Source of the DNA: Carcharhinus longimanus
Lineage: Eukaryota
NCBI GenBank assembly: GCA_030264375.1
Contig: JASCQW010000001.1
Location: forward strand, 93,535,182 to 93,599,181
Direction: 5' to 3'
DNA length: 64,000 bases
A model generated the notes under the pieces. The model searched no databases. It saw only the letters and a list, made by a program, of their open reading frames with translations, and was not told the DNA's origin. Numbering within the stretch: the stretch's first letter is position 1; each line of letters opens with the position of its first letter. Positions 62,445 to 64,000 of this stretch are shown here, one piece after another. The position numbers and the translations under genes are program-made.

Positions 62445-63489
62445 NNNNNNNNNNNNNNNNNNNNNNNNNNNNNNNNNNNNNNNNNNNNNNNNNNNNNNNN
62501 NNNNNNNNNNNNNNNNNNNNNNNNNNNNNNNNNNNNNNNNNNNNNNNNNNNNNNNNNNNNNNNNNNNNNNNNNNNNNNNNNNNNNNNNNNNNNNNNNNNN
62601 NNNNNNNNNNNNNNNNNCCATGAGATTACATCAGGTAAATCCTCCCCCGCGTAAATCAGCAATCCCTTTTTAGGTGTGAAGTTGCATTCTTGAGTGGGGT
62701 GTTGTCACTCCCTGAAACAAATGAATGAATTGTGGAAGGCATTCTTTTGTTTGGAGCTATAAGAACCCGTGAGTCGTTTTTTTCCAAGGGTGGTGACAGA
62801 ATCATGTCTTGTCATATAATTAACCTCGACGTGTTTGCAAACAGAATTGGAGTTGGCAATGACCTCTTATAAAGGCAATTTTTATCGATACGTTGACAAG
62901 GCTGTCAACAATAGTATAAAACGTAGAATTGTGAAAGAACATCAGCAAAAAAAATCTTTAAAACAATCATCCACCCATTTACTTTGGAAATGGAGATAGT
63001 ATTGGGTGATACTCTGAAACTAAGAAGTTTCTTAAATTTCTATGCTTAAAATACCGTGGATTAATTTGCCAAAGCATTGCCGACTACAATAGCTTCCCTC
63101 CTTTCCAACAAATTCATTGCATCAGTGTTGTTTCGCATCTTTGTGGTCCGAATGATTCATATAATCTTTTATTGATTTAATCTGACTAAGAATGACTAAA
63201 ACTTTCTCACTTTGAAGCTGGCGTTTGGTTTTAAGTGAGGATGAGAAACGCATTCGCTGAAGATCATATTGGTCACAGCCTCCTAAAAGAGACGTAGATG
63301 AGTATTGAAAAGCATTCATTTACAAGGAAAAAATAGCATGAAGCCACAAACCACTATTCAACATCAACACACCAAGGCAGAAGCTCACTAACGTGGTTGC
63401 GCTTGTGCAGTAATTTGACAAAGACTGTCCAGTGTAAAGGAGATTTGTAAAACATAAGACAGGCGAGTCCAAAGCGAAATATTGCGCTT

Positions 63490-63720
63490 TCTATGAATCT
63501 GAAATAAGACAGAAAATGCTAGATATGCCCAACATCCATGGGAAGGTCACTGACTTTGTCTCTCTCTCCAGTTGCTACCTCACCTGCTATTTTCTGTCTT
63601 TTTATTGGGGGAAATGCTGGAAATACTCAGCAGGTCAGGTAGCAGCTGGAGAGAAAAACAAAGTCAATGATCTTCCCATAGATGTTTGGCATTTCCAGTA
63701 TTTTCTGTTTGTTATTTATG
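63490..63720. repeat. Inverted repeat (~85-bp arms) of Penelope-like (50610-family) sequence
   Basis: Left arm cagaaaatgctagatatgcccaacatccatgggaaggtcactgactttgtctctctctccagttgctacctcacctgct is mirrored at ~63628-63718. The ORF track shows near-identical peptides on opposite strands. Confidence 0.85.
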
Positions 63721-64000
63721 GGGTGAAGACTGCTCCGGGATGGGTGCATGGCACCGAAGGCTCCTTCATAGTGGGGCCGCGAGGATGCAACCCCGTCTAA
63801 GAAACCCGGGGACAGAGCTTCCCCCTCCAAGCCAAAGGCCGGACCAACTTTCTTGAGCTCCACACGTTGAGGCACCTTCGGCCTCGCCTACCTGCCTCAG
63901 AAGCATCCACCTCTCCGAATGGGACAGTGAGCCTGCATCACGCGGAATCTGCTGTCCTTACTGGGACTGTACGTGCAGGTAGCCGGTTGGGAGGCCGCCT

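Overview
Eukaryotic (vertebrate) genomic DNA with several N gaps. The repeat content (HE1/V-SINE-like, DeuSINE-like, CR1, L2, Penelope-like, Harbinger) points to a shark or other elasmobranch. The only host gene is the 5' end of SLIT2 on the minus strand. It has a GC-box/CpG-rich promoter near 62.2-62.4 kb, coding exon 1 (61094-61278, signal peptide + LRRNT) and three 72-nt phase-2 LRR exons (59212-59283, 57939-58010, 37430-37501), all with canonical GT-AG sites. Bases 1-37429 are part of the very large intron 4. Almost every other ORF in the track is noise or transposon debris. I see no convincing new protein-coding system. The best leads are non-coding: (i) a Penelope-derived hairpin carrying a minimal hammerhead-ribozyme motif in the SLIT2 pre-mRNA sense; (ii) a cluster of RFX X-boxes in a repeat-free part of intron 4; (iii) inverted SINEs at the two ends of the 20-kb intron 3; (iv) a V-SINE with two alternative 3' tails, alongside several SINE-LINE tail pairs; (v) a Harbinger transposase fossil with MITEs and multi-tier nesting. 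Repeat family names come from remembered consensus sequences, and repeat boundaries are approximate (about +/-20 bp).
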